A stretch of DNA of 62,576 nt, counting the filler, from Rhabdomonas costata (taxonomy: Eukaryota), in NCBI GenBank assembly GCA_019059605.1. It is 42 parts of 42 records of this genome, joined end to end, with 100 filler letters (N's around TTAATTAATTAA, not from the genome) between each part and the next. Parts side by side here need not be neighbours in the genome. Positions count along the whole stretch, not along the records: positions 47,754 to 49,149 come from JAHMHO010017276.1; positions 49,250 to 50,641 come from JAHMHO010017277.1; positions 50,742 to 52,133 come from JAHMHO010017278.1; positions 52,234 to 53,625 come from JAHMHO010017279.1; positions 53,726 to 55,116 come from JAHMHO010017280.1; positions 55,217 to 56,607 come from JAHMHO010017281.1; positions 56,708 to 58,099 come from JAHMHO010017282.1; positions 58,200 to 59,591 come from JAHMHO010017283.1; 34 more parts are not named here. One strand, 5' to 3'. Below the pieces are notes generated by a model that ran no database searches, was not told the DNA's origin, and saw only the letters and a program-made list of their open reading frames with translations. Made by a program: the position numbers and the translations under genes. Positions 47,654 to 60,035 of the stretch are shown here, piece after piece. Each line of letters opens with the position of its first letter. Positions within the stretch are counted from its first letter, which is position 1.

Positions 47654-49733
47654 NNNNNNNNNNNNNNNNNNNNNNNNNNNNNNNNNNNNNNNNNNNNTTA
47701 ATTAATTAANNNNNNNNNNNNNNNNNNNNNNNNNNNNNNNNNNNNNNNNNNNNGGGGTGGGTGATCACGTGATCAAATACGGGTTGAAAACAAGCATTCC
47801 GCAATACTTGTCGGTGCCAAGGGCCAGCTGCGGACAGCATAAATGATCCAAAAGGCCGGGTTGAAAACGAAAGCAAAAGGTCAAATGAGGTATTTCAACT
47901 GGGTTTCAACTCCGTCAACCACGTTTCAAGGTGTTCGTGGGGATGAAATCACAAAAATATGGCTCAAAAGCATTTCTGAACCTCCCCTAAAAATCCTTCC
48001 AAGTGTGCCTATCTTTTCAACCCAAACAGCAAACTCCTAAAACGGCACTCTCAGGACTTGCCCATAAAGAAGTTCCTCCCTCGGACCTCCGCGTGGATCG
48101 ATCTCCGGAGAAGGACAGAAGCTTCCACATCACGGAGCAAGCCACGAACCGCGGAAACTCCCCGTCGATCTTTGGGTGCTTGTTGGCAAGCACCAGTGTC
48201 CGAGTAAGGAACTCCCCGATAGTTCCGCGAAGCTCAGTAGCCGTCGCAGGTTTGTGGTGTAGAAAGTCCTGAAAGCAGACGTCCCCCTTCAATGGTTCAT
48301 GTCATGAAAAGTAGCAGAGGTCAATTGAATCAAACAGAGGCCAACGGCAACCCAGACGGCCACGTCAGGAATTGGATCCGATGCTCATCCGGTTATGCTG
48401 ATTTGGACCGCTTCGGTGGATACAAAGCGAGTCTTCATTGGGTGGCCAAAAGTAAAACGAGCTATAAGGGCTATGAAAAAGAAATGGTATCATGCCTTTG
48501 GTGCTAAAAGCTGCTAAAAGCCACTTGCGGCTGGTTCGATAATGTGTTTTGTGTGCGAGAAGATACGACTGAGTCCAAAAAAACAGGGTACCAGGAAGCA
48601 CGACTTGCAGAGAACTACTGATTGGGGTATCTCCTAAGAAAAATGGTCGACCCAAGTTTTGACAAGTTAAATGGCGATTTTGAAAATGAGAGTTTGTGGA
48701 TGAGTGCAGCCATCAGTTTTGGGGCGCGGCCTGCAACCTAAAGACAGGACACCGATAGGACATTCGCTTGACCTCTCCGCCCCTCACATCGTTTGAGACG
48801 GGCGCTGCAAAATCAAAGCTTGAGTCCGCATCATTTTCATGATGGATGGGACTAGCGTGAATGACATACATTGACACGCCACGGGTCACGGGTGAATTTC
48901 TGGCCTGCGGAAGCCATTCTGCCAATGCTTGTGGATTTTTATAAAATGAATGAGGAGAGGAAAGATCATTGGACTTACATTGAGTTTACCAGCTTTTTAT
49001 CAGTGCGAGGAAAGTAGGAAGTGAAGGCTGAGTTCCTCGCTTGGAGCTCTTTGGATCTCTTCAAATTCCATTCGAATCTGCACCTTAAAGTTTATCGTAC
49101 CTTGAGAAAGGGGATTGCTTCTACTCGCACTCGCAGCTCCAACACAACCNNNNNNNNNNNNNNNNNNNNNNNNNNNNNNNNNNNNNNNNNNNNTTAATTA
49201 ATTAANNNNNNNNNNNNNNNNNNNNNNNNNNNNNNNNNNNNNNNNNNNNGTTGTTGTGTCTGCCCTGCATTCCAGGTAAATACTTGGGAAAGGGATGTTG
49301 AAAGGGAATAGTAGGGATGGGGTTTGGGGCCGGCAACCGAGCCACTTGCAAAGCACAAAGCATGCTACAGAGCATGCGCTGTCTCGTGGTTCGTCGCATA
49401 AGTGAAGATATACGCCCCCCCGTCAGGGGGGTGGCGACCGCTCGGGGACGGGCACTCAAGGCCATGCCCCGGATCTCTGCCGAAGAGAGAGGTGAATCTC
49501 TCACCAACGAGGTGAGAAAATTTTCTATTATAAGGATTATGTGCCACTGCGGAATTCCCATGCCAGGCCTCCTCTGCAACTGGGGAAGGCCACCTGCATC
49601 GCAGGCTCGTCGCAAAGCCATACAATTCAGGCTTTTCCTCAGACTTTCACCTCGTTCGCCCCCCCCCCCTCCACCTCCATTCTCCTTCTCCAAAAACAAC
49701 CACCGGGCAAACGCAGAAAGCAACCGCACAAAC

Positions 49734-50641
49734 CTCGCGCAACAGCCACCCTGCGCCGGTCTGAATGAACCTCTCCGAGCACTTTGACGCGGTCAACGCA
49801 GCAGAGCAGGTCTTCAGCAACATCGAAGTGAACCCCGGGAACATCCCGGCATCGCCTGCGCATACGCGCACAAAAATGGAGACGGATCCTATTCACGGAG
49901 GAACCGAACCCGAGCACTAAGCCTGCCACGAAAACGGGAGCCGACTTCTTCCCCTGAACAAGCCACAACTCCGCCCTACAGGTTAATTCTGAACCTGTCA
50001 TCTTTTTCCTATGTGGTGTTGTTATGGATTGTTATGGATTCTGCTAATCAATATGTTGAAAACCGAACACGACAACTGCAACCAACAGCCTAGTTGCAAT
50101 GCGTCCAAGGAGCACAGTCAAAAACACACAATGCACATAACCTGACAAGGACCCTATGAGTATGATCGAGGAATAGCGCGTGCGGGTGACCGGGTGGGTT
50201 CCCCTAGCATTAATTCGCCAAGCTCTGCTTCAAGAACCCCCCACGGCGTTTTACAGACCCAGACCTGCACCCAGAACTTCACTATGAATTCAAAGATAAG
50301 GGGCTCATGCTCTCACACACTCTCTCTCGCCATGATGCCATTCCTTGAGTCTGCAATGCATACAGAAAAAGATTCGAAAGATATGTTAGTGTGGAGTCTG
50401 CGTTGGACCATCGAATAAAGTAACCGGGGCTACCAACCCAGCAAAGTGTGGGGGAATCCGCGAAGACCCGTACGTCACCCATACACACCTCGCTTGGCCA
50501 GGGTCACAAAGGAAACCATTGACGCACGCCTTTGCCACATCGGCGCCGCTGTGTGCCACGCCGCGACTGCCCGAGCACAGGCCTCGCCCAGGGAAACGGC
50601 TGCGGAGGCGGTGTCATGAGCTATCCCCCGGCGTCTCTTGG
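49734..50641 (-). CDS. DNA alkylation repair enzyme (AlkD-like HEAT-repeat family), two exons
   Basis: Exons 50641-50489 and 49855-49734 are in phase. Product: ACARAVAAWHTAAPMWQRRASMVSFVTLAKR|GDAGMFPGFTSMLLKTC...ERFIQTGAGWLLRE, carrying the W..S...WxRR and FxQxxxGWxLRE signatures of the family. Confidence 0.8.
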
Positions 50642-50777
50642 NNNNNNNNNNNNNNNNNNNNNNNNNNNNNNNNNNNNNNNNNNNNTTAATTAATTAANNN
50701 NNNNNNNNNNNNNNNNNNNNNNNNNNNNNNNNNNNNNNNNNTCCCCGTTTTTGCATTGTTTGTGCTTTGGCGCGCAG

Positions 50778-50882
50778 GCACCTGCGGCGGCACCGGCTTC
50801 GTGTGCCCCGTTGTGCTGTCTCCCAACAATCCCAGCACTGTGTGCGCGGCGGCGGTTTGCACGGAAGCCGAGTGCTGCAGTG
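50778..50882 (+). CDS. Single exon encoding a 6-Cys extracellular repeat module
   Basis: AG acceptor at 50776-50777. Translates TCGGTGFVCPVVLSPNNPSTVCAAAVCTEAECCS. The donor is GTGTGA at 50883 (phase 1) or GTGAGT at 50885. Confidence 0.6.
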
Positions 50883-52288
50883 GTGTGAGTCCTGTGAAGC
50901 ACGCCTCGCACTGTACCCCTTCCCTTAACGTTATTCATCGTTCGTCGTGGTGTTCTGAACGTCTCGTCGAATTCCCTCCTTCCGTGTTTTTTTCCTTCGA
51001 CTCCACTCAGGAACAACCCTGCTGCTTTTCTGGCCTCTTGTTTTTTCCTGAACCACTCAGCTCTTCGCTGTTTGCCATGCAGCTTGCCCTCTCCCACCAG
51101 TCGTGTTCTTTTCCCACAGGGGTCGTGACTTCTGTGGCCACCGCTACCAGTACGGTTATGCTTGCGACGGTATGCTTAATGAGAATCCCTCACACATATA
51201 GACAAAGAAAGCCACTGTCTTTCCCTTTTGCGCCGAGCATGACCTCTTGTGTAGGTCTGTCTGATCCCCCATCGGGTTTCTCTCCCTCTGAGGGCACGCA
51301 TCATCGAACACGTTCGAAGAGGCGCGGAGAAGCCCTTTGTGTTTCTTCTCATCACCTGAAGACCTCCTCGGAAAGCTCTGAAAAGGAGTTTCTATGGTGA
51401 CGGATTTCCCCACACACAGGAAAGCCTATTCAATCAACAGACAAACCACCTCATTTTTCGGTATTTTTGTTCTTGAACATCTGCATTTTATATCACGGTA
51501 TCCGTGGCATAGAGTGGGATACATGCATACCATCACCCTACCCCTAGGATGAGGCAACCGGGACAGTGGGTGTGGTGGTACGTGTCTCTTCGCTCACTCC
51601 ACCGCCATAAGGCCCCTGAGTTCACTCCGACCACTGGAATACCTGAGTTAGAGGGTACGGGTTAAGGTGAAGGTGATGGTTGACACGAAGGCATGTCACG
51701 AGGTACGAGGGCATGCCGTAGTAGGGAGTCATGCTGAGTTCTTGCTTCTTCTACTGCAGTCATGCTGATCCTTCTCACGCTCTGCCTCAACTCACGATGC
51801 CCTCACCCTCCAACCACCCCACGAACCCCTCAGCCACCACACAGCCATCACTCCATCAGCATTCCCTCATCTCTCCATCACCACTACCAACACACAGAAG
51901 GCCTCAGGAACCAGCGTCACACCAACCTCCAACAACACCTCCAACAACAGGGCCCAGGAATCGCACACAACACCCTAACATAGACGCATGATGTTGATGG
52001 GGTACTGTTAGGGATGACATCCGCACATCATGGGCTGATACCGTTGTGACACGGATGCCATGCTGAGGTCGATACCACCACCCAACTTCGGACCCACACC
52101 ACCACCACAACATAGTCAAAGTGACACACCACANNNNNNNNNNNNNNNNNNNNNNNNNNNNNNNNNNNNNNNNNNNNTTAATTAATTAANNNNNNNNNNN
52201 NNNNNNNNNNNNNNNNNNNNNNNNNNNNNNNNNTGTTTGTTGGCATCTAGACTTTGTACAATTGGGGCAGCACCCGTGGGTGGAGGAC

Positions 52289-52459
52289 CTGAAGCCCCTC
52301 GGAGATGGCTTTGGGATCCCGAAGGGCAGCCTTAGCGCGGAACTCCGCGCGGACTTGCTGCGTGCTGTGCTGCTGGTGGGTCTTGTCTCGCACCAGCAGA
52401 CAGGCCTTCAGCAGAGAACGATACAGCCCGAGGACCTCCGCCTTAGCGCCCGCCGACAT
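52289..52459 (-). CDS. LYR-motif (Complex1_LYR) mitochondrial protein, first exon
   Basis: MSAGAKAEVLGLYRSLLKAC...QVRAEFRAKAALRDPKAI shows the VLxLYRxLL and RxEFR..DP..I signature. GT donor at 52288. Confidence 0.85.
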
Positions 52460-55280
52460 TTCCTTCTCCGGGAAACAAAACAAATCCAGTGGCTCCACCA
52501 GCAAGGATGTTAAAACGGAATCAAATAATTCGAAAGCGTCAGCTGACAATTTTGGAGGAGTATGTGTATCGAAAGGGAAACAGACGGACCAGCGAACCAG
52601 CTCACGGGCTGACGAACAGACCAAACTTTACATGCCAGGGTGCTCACTTTTTCGATTGAATTCTTTTTTAACAAAATTCTTTTTGCTGCAACCCAATTTT
52701 CTGTAATCACACAGGCTGAAGGAGCCCGCACCCATATTTGTCGCATGCTGGGTGGCTTTGCTGGGTTGCACAGGACATAAGAAATACCCCTCCCAACGCG
52801 GACACACTCGAGGTGCACCATCATCAAAAAGAACACGCCCCCCACCCCAATTCCCCCATTCTGGGCCCAAGGGCAAACGAGAGATCAAGCCACCTTGGTG
52901 TCTGCGGTTACGTGACAATCTGCCTCTACACCACCATCTGTCTCCACAAAGGCTCACAACTAGGTATGAAGGCATCTCCGCAGTCAGGGCCGTATCACCC
53001 ATGGGTTAGAACTGGATCGCCGCTCGAATCTTGGCATGAATCCTCTGATGACATCTTTGAAGGTACAGAGGTGCGGTGCCGAGGCGACTCGAGGGAGTAT
53101 GAAGGAAACTGCAATGGCAGGAGCAAGACTGATATACTACTTTGACTTGGAATTGGGTTCGAGCCCTGCTATCTCACAGTTTTAAGCCCACCCAACATTT
53201 TCCGAACTCTTCCATTGACACTGCAGTCAAAAGTCCAGAGCTGCGCGAGTGCTCCCAAAGATGCCCACCAAGAGAAATCTGCTCCACCACACTTGGCCCG
53301 TCGAGGGTAAAGAAGTGTCTTGCCCCCCGACCGGGTCCCAGGAGTCCTTGCGCACGACCCTTTGAAAAAAACTCAGGAACAACAATAAGCAAACCGAAAG
53401 AAAAAGGGGAGTCACACGCAGCACACACCCGGCCCTACGTACAGCCCGAGCGTGCCGATCAGCTTAGGGCAACTTACGGTATGTATGTGAAGCTCGACGG
53501 CGTTCGGCGTTCGGTGTATATGTGCGAATGTGTACGCAACAACGGGGGAAGGGCGGAAGCCTCGGCGAAGCACATACAGAGCACTATACCCACATCTCCC
53601 TTCGCGCTGAACAACGGGAAAGGAGNNNNNNNNNNNNNNNNNNNNNNNNNNNNNNNNNNNNNNNNNNNNTTAATTAATTAANNNNNNNNNNNNNNNNNNN
53701 NNNNNNNNNNNNNNNNNNNNNNNNNGTTGTGTGGGTACTCTCTCAAAGGGCACCACTCCTTGTTCGGCATTCGCCCGAAAGGCCTGCTCCAGGGTCTCGG
53801 AGTCACACGTTGGCTGAAACATCCTGATCTGAGACGTCGAAAGCTCCACCACCGTATCCATCGGGGTGCTTGTTCTTCCCAGGTGCACACTGTATGAACT
53901 TTGAAGAAAATTTCCGAGTAAAAACAAAAAAAACAGATCACTGCGAACTTCGCAAAAAGAAGTCCCATGAAAAACGAAAACCAAAAAACGCTGAGCATGG
54001 CATTAGGTAATTCTTTCCACACCTGGGTTTTCAGTCGGTAAGTATGAAAACCCTCATGGAATGAGGTAATCGAACTTTGCCGTAATTTTTTCTATGGCCG
54101 TAGTTTGTTTTCTTCGGTTGTATTTATGCCTCGGATCGAAAGAGGTCAATGGCACGCAGAAGCATTGACGGAAGGGAAAACCTGCAAATGTAATCCAATC
54201 CAAACACCGCAAACAAGCAATTGCAAGGTTTTTGGAAACATCATGATGAGCTCATCCCAATCAGCTCACGCAAGCATTCCGCCGCTCGGTTGTTCCGTTC
54301 TCTTTGCATTTGAGGGAATATGAGTACACTGCTGCGTTTTCGGCAATTCCTTCTTTTACACTGCGGGAGCTTGTTAAGACTTACCCGTGATGATTCATGG
54401 GACATTTGAACATTAGCTAATCCATTTCGAAGTACGATGCTCGCTTCGGTCACCACGTGATGACTGGCAGGATGACCACATTGGGAAAGCCCAACCAATG
54501 ACAATGGCATCATCGCATCCTCATGAACCGTCTTCACCGCGCAAAATGAGCAACAGAAGGTGCATCACATCAATAAGAGTGGCCCCGTTTGACAAAGAAA
54601 ACGTCCTCAGATGAGCATGCACATCCACTAAGATGAGAGGAGTTGAACGTAAAAACGCCATACGGGCACAGAAAAAGACAGGCACCAATTCAAGGAACGT
54701 CCCCATCCACAGGCAGGGACACTCAACGGTAAGTCTTGGCACCACTGGGTCTTTCACTCCCACTCCAGCCCTTCTCAGCGCAAGACCCCCCCCCCCTCTC
54801 TCTCTCAGCAAATTGGTTAGAGAAAAAAGCTGCCCATCTCGTGACAGAAAAACAGAAAATTAAACGGGCACGTACGAATGGTCACTGCCGTATGCAACCG
54901 AACCAGGGAGGTACACTAAAGTTCTGAGACGCTCCTCCGGATCGAGAGCGGAAAAAAATCTGCGCAGACAAAACTATGCCGACTTCTGTTTCCTTTGGAA
55001 GCTTCCCACTCACACCTCAAAGCCGTGCCTACCGCCGAATTTCCACTCTCCACACAGTCGAAAAGTCCAGTCCCTCTGCAGAGTACTGAAAACTGCTGCA
55101 ATAGTGAAGAAAAGGANNNNNNNNNNNNNNNNNNNNNNNNNNNNNNNNNNNNNNNNNNNNTTAATTAATTAANNNNNNNNNNNNNNNNNNNNNNNNNNNN
55201 NNNNNNNNNNNNNNNNGTGGTGGGTGTGTTTGGGGGGTGTGTGTTTGGGTGTGTGTGTGTGTGCGCAAGGAATCACACTA

Positions 55281-56157
55281 TTATACTCTTCTGGCGTCCG
55301 GTTGCCCTGCCGTATCCAGGGGCTCGCCGATGGGGTCGCTATCATCCTCAGGAACCACCGTGTTGATGTAGGTGTACCGCGAGAACAGCACAAACAGTTT
55401 CCGGAACCACACAAACTGCGTCTGGGGGAGGGGGGACGAGAGGAAGGTGAACCCCGCACAGAAACGGAAAAGGAAGGGGGATTCCCAAAGCAGGAATATG
55501 TCGATGCATACGAGGACACACAACGTTCCAGGAGACATAATATCCAACGGCTGATTTTGGTGTTTGGTTGTGGATGAGGCGAGGCGGGGGGGGGGGGTGG
55601 GGGGGGGGGGGGGGGGGGTGCGGGCGGTTCCGCAGTTGCATGATCCCGAAATCGCTTTCCATATCATCGACAAAACTTTTATTTTTTGTGTTTAGTCAAA
55701 CGCCCAACATGCCTTGCATGAAACCGTGGTTATAACCCAAAACTGAGCGATTAATGGGCAACATCCTCCTCCTTGGTGTTTCTCAGTCCGATCAGATATG
55801 ACAAAAACTCTCCTTTTACTGTGAAGCCTGCTAGGGTTGTCGCTGCACTCGTCATCTCACGGTTGCAGATGCGAAGGGAGGCAAACGCAACAAGGGATCC
55901 TCTTAAGCTGAAACAAGGTCTGCCAACGGCTGAAGCAAGGCAGCATTGTCATGCCCCCGATACATACCACAACGGGCGAAGTTGGTAACAGCTTGAACAC
56001 ATCATCCCAACGCCCACATGCAGTCCTCCCTCCGAACCTCATGCAGGGACATTAGCCTCCAGTTGTGCATGAAGCCCCACTGCACGTACATTTCCGTGCT
56101 GGGCCCGCGGAGCAACGCCGTGGTCAAGTGGTCCAGCAGGCCCAAAAACTTCCGGAA
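55281..56157 (-). CDS. PIGL: N-acetylglucosaminyl-phosphatidylinositol de-N-acetylase (PIG-L/GPI12), last two exons
   Basis: Exons 56157-56038 and 55421-55281 give FRKFLGLLD...RLMSLHE|TQFVWFRKLFVLFSRYTYINT..*. Compare PIG-L LRKYISLLD...[28 protein letters not shown]. Confidence 0.88.
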
Positions 56158-56707
56158 CTAGATTTTCACACCCCACCCCACCCCAATACCAGCGGCTGCG
56201 AGAAGGGACAAGACGAATACCCAACTCGCATCAGACGGGGCAGACTTTCACTAAAGAACAAGCGCATCCCGTTTGTCCCGGTTCTCACTCGTAAAAGCTG
56301 CATAAATCAGCCACCAAGTATCAACTGAGGAGAAGGGGGGGGGGGGGATGAAGAGGTTCCGTGATATTACCGTGGACGCAACAGAGCAAAAGGAAAAGTG
56401 AGGAAAACAAGAGCCCAAACCAAAAAAACGGTCATCTGCGCAGACAGAAGGAAAACCCGACACGAAAACGCAAGCAAAAATACTGAATACTGAACACTGC
56501 ATCAGACGTGTGGTGCCAGCTCTGCTTCTCTCTTCAGGAGGAAACTCCTTCAGCGGTGGAGAAGCCTGGAGACCTTTGAAATTGGGGCAGACGCACCTGA
56601 GCCAACCNNNNNNNNNNNNNNNNNNNNNNNNNNNNNNNNNNNNNNNNNNNNTTAATTAATTAANNNNNNNNNNNNNNNNNNNNNNNNNNNNNNNNNNNNN
56701 NNNNNNN

Positions 56708-57860
56708 TTTTGTGGGGAGGGGGCGTTGGTGGCGCTGCGGCTGCGCTGGCGGCTCGCCGCCGTGGAGGTGCTGGAGGGGGTGGGCTTGCCTCCTCCAGAC
56801 GCATTTGAAGAAGGGGGACCATCAAGCACGTCCGCGCTGGAGAAGGGGTCTCCAGTCTCAGCCCCGACACCTTCTGTGGACGTAAAAAAACATAAACCGG
56901 TGTGTTTGCGTGCGTTTGTAATGAGTGGGGGTGATCTCAACATTCAAACTTCCACATCACACCAACAGAAGCAACAGGAATTTGGTTTCGAATACAAGAG
57001 AATAACACAAAGACAGGTCACCCCTTTCACGCCCGTCCTCCTCACTTACGTCCACCACCTGAAGTTGGGTGCTCTAAGAAATCACAAAACTCCAACTCTC
57101 TCCACTTGACCTGATTGCATGAAGAAAACAGGTGGCAAAAATGCCAAAGAGATCAGCACAGCTTTTTTTAACAGAGCACTCCACGAGCATCGAACAACAG
57201 TAAAACATATGAATGTGGGGTATGCAAGCGAATGCCCAAGCCGGGGATTCAAATTTCGGCTTCTCTCTACTCGGTGCTGGAGGGCCATATAAGGCCAGAC
57301 CGCACGCTGCCAGCAGTATGCGCAGCATCGTGTCAATGTGAAGTGTGGGTGTGGGAGCGGTGTCGTGTGGAGTTCCTCACCATCCGTCTCGTCATCGGCC
57401 GGGCCAGCGCTGCGGGTTCGGAAGCGGATCCTAGTCTGCGGGCGTTGTGGCCCCCGGGACTCCCGGGCAGCAGTCTCCCTAAAAAAATCACCAACACACG
57501 AAATGTACGAAGGGTTCTGGTTTTATTTTTCCCGAAAGAAAACGAGGTGCGTGTGTGTGTGGGGGGTTGTTTTCACTTCTCAACTTCACACAATGTCAAA
57601 GCTTCTCCGCTGCACCCCCTTGCGTCCAATTTGTGGTGGTCATCCTTCTCCTTTTCACTCTGTATTTTTTTTGTGTTATTTGTTTGGGTATCTGAAGGTG
57701 CCCTCGTTCCATGGCACCACCAATATTGCAGACCGCAATGAATATTGGGGGGGGGGGGGTAAAAAATCCCCGGCAGGGACGGAGACTAGGAGGCACACCT
57801 GCGCAAGGCCCTGTGCATCTCCTCCATCTCCTCCAGCTTCATCGCAGCGTTGGACATCCA
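56708..57860 (-). CDS. Hypothetical low-complexity protein, three candidate exons
   Basis: GC-rich AG/GT-bounded segments 57860-57799, 57478-57381 and 56873-56708 splice in phase without stops (WMSNAAMKLEEMEEMHRALR|RETAARE..DETD|EGVGAETGDPF..). No family is recognised. Confidence 0.4.
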
Positions 57861-59926
57861 CTGTTATACCGACCCCCCCACACACACACTCCCATCCCAG
57901 TATCCCAACGGGAAGGCAGGTCACCTGAGGGACAGAACTATATGCCACTCCCCTTTCCATTCTCCTCCCACACACTTCCTCGCACCTCCTCGCAAAAGCT
58001 TCTCTCATCCATCTACACTGGGAAGCAATCGGCAGCAGAAAGGGATCAGCGCAGTATCTATCTATGAAAAACTCTGCGCACACAAGCGCACACAAACCCN
58101 NNNNNNNNNNNNNNNNNNNNNNNNNNNNNNNNNNNNNNNNNNNTTAATTAATTAANNNNNNNNNNNNNNNNNNNNNNNNNNNNNNNNNNNNNNNNNNNNT
58201 GTTGGGGCGGGGGGGGGGGCAAAGCAGTCCCCATGAGTGCCGTGGTGCTGTGAGAGAGGGCAAAAAAAAGACACGATGAGTAAAGAACCAGGAAGGAAGG
58301 AAGGAAGGAAGTGGGTTTGCCACCTGCGTCATGACCGCTCGCAAGCTGAGTGGAAGCTCTGCTCTCAAGCGAATACTTTTACTTTGGGAGGGGGTGATGC
58401 ATGGGGGTTGAGGAGCAAAAGAAAAGGTACCGAGAAAAGAAACGAAGGGAAAGAAACCAGTGGCCTCGTCTTGGGCACCATTGGGAGTGAGCGGACACCC
58501 ACCAGCACCAGGGTACCCCTCACATCGCAGCATCCCAGCAAACAGCAACCACCCGCCTACACACATTACACACACACACCAAATGCGCAAAGATGCCCAC
58601 GAATGCAACTTTGGGCATCTAGCGAAAGCCCCATTTCGACTTACCATCGTTATTTCGCTCATTCTCGTGGCTGAATCGCAGACCATCTGCTTCTCACCAC
58701 GCACACACGTTCATCGCCAGAAGGAGGAAACTTTGCACTTGCCTCCAAAACACGCATACAAACATACGTATCCATTCAAGCGAGGAATTTTCGGAGTGTG
58801 TGTGGGGGGGGGGGCGGGTATTGTGTGCGAATGGTGGGCACATCGGTGCGAAAACCACAACGAGCACCATTATTGTCCTGATGGTGCAAACACACATTTG
58901 CGCGCACGCTAGAGAGAGAGGGACCCTACCACTCCTCCTTCATTCCTTGCAACCCTCCTCATGGGGGAATCACGATACAATTGCACCCTCCGATGAGGTG
59001 AGGTACCTTCCCGCTAACCAGAAAACCTTACCGTTGAGTTCCAAACCTTCCAAATCACACACAGACTGACATGACCACTTCCGCCAAAGCACACTATCAG
59101 AACATCTCTTCACCCCCGAGAATGGGCCACGGTGAGTACGCCGGGGCCACTGCAGTAATGAGGGAAGATGAACACCCCGAAAAAATAACACGCGCGAAAA
59201 AGACCACAGCAAAAGAAACGGTGAGACACGGGGCACAAGAGGTTTGCATGGGCTGCGTACCTTCCCCAGTAGAAGCAAAAAGGCACCGCAACGCATAGAC
59301 GATAACACAACCTAGAGGCTTTTATTGCAACATCGCTTGCGGGTACACGGCACACCAATGCTCCCTTTCATCGCAATTTAATGTACAAGCATCGCAAAAA
59401 ACCAGTTCCAATTTCTATTCAACATCTCCATGCGAATTTTTCCCCAGACTGGTCAGGTTTGACCAGTACAACGAGTGTTACAAACGCATACCGGGTTCAT
59501 CCTGGGTCCAAGACAAAATTTTCCCCAGAGCCGAGGAAAGCACCCCACCCCAGACATACGTTGCAAACAAAACACCACACACACCCACCACNNNNNNNNN
59601 NNNNNNNNNNNNNNNNNNNNNNNNNNNNNNNNNNNTTAATTAATTAANNNNNNNNNNNNNNNNNNNNNNNNNNNNNNNNNNNNNNNNNNNNTGTTTGTGG
59701 GAAATTTGGGAGGAATAAGTATCTCCAATCTAGCAATTTACCATCTCGAGAGCTTGGTGTGTAAGTTTGTGACAGCGGTCACGCTGTTGCCCCTGCTGAA
59801 CTGCTACATTCAGTGTTGCAGACCCATTGGTTGCTAGTCACGCTGATCCACTGACATTGGGCTAGTACACAACGGGCAAGGAATCCCGGGTGGTTCACCA
59901 CAGGCGATTTCGGAAGGGCTTCAGGT

Positions 59927-60035
59927 ATGGTTATGATTGTGGTTATGGTTAGGTTTATGGTTATGGTTATGGTTATGGTTATGGTTATGGTTATGGTTAT
60001 GGTTATGGTTATGGTTATGGTTATGGTTATGGTTA
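59927..60035 (+). repeat. (GGTTAT)n hexamer microsatellite
   Basis: More than 12 perfect GGTTAT units with degenerate flanking units, including one GGTTAG. Confidence 0.95.

Noticed and set aside
5116-53870. Isolated exon-like segments (e.g. 5116-5330 -, 18000-18071 +, 29941-30023 +, 36270-36505 -, 37430-37535 +, 48087-48268 -, 53755-53862 -)
   Set aside because: They are probably real exons, but I could assign no family or verifiable splice partner, so they are not reported as features.
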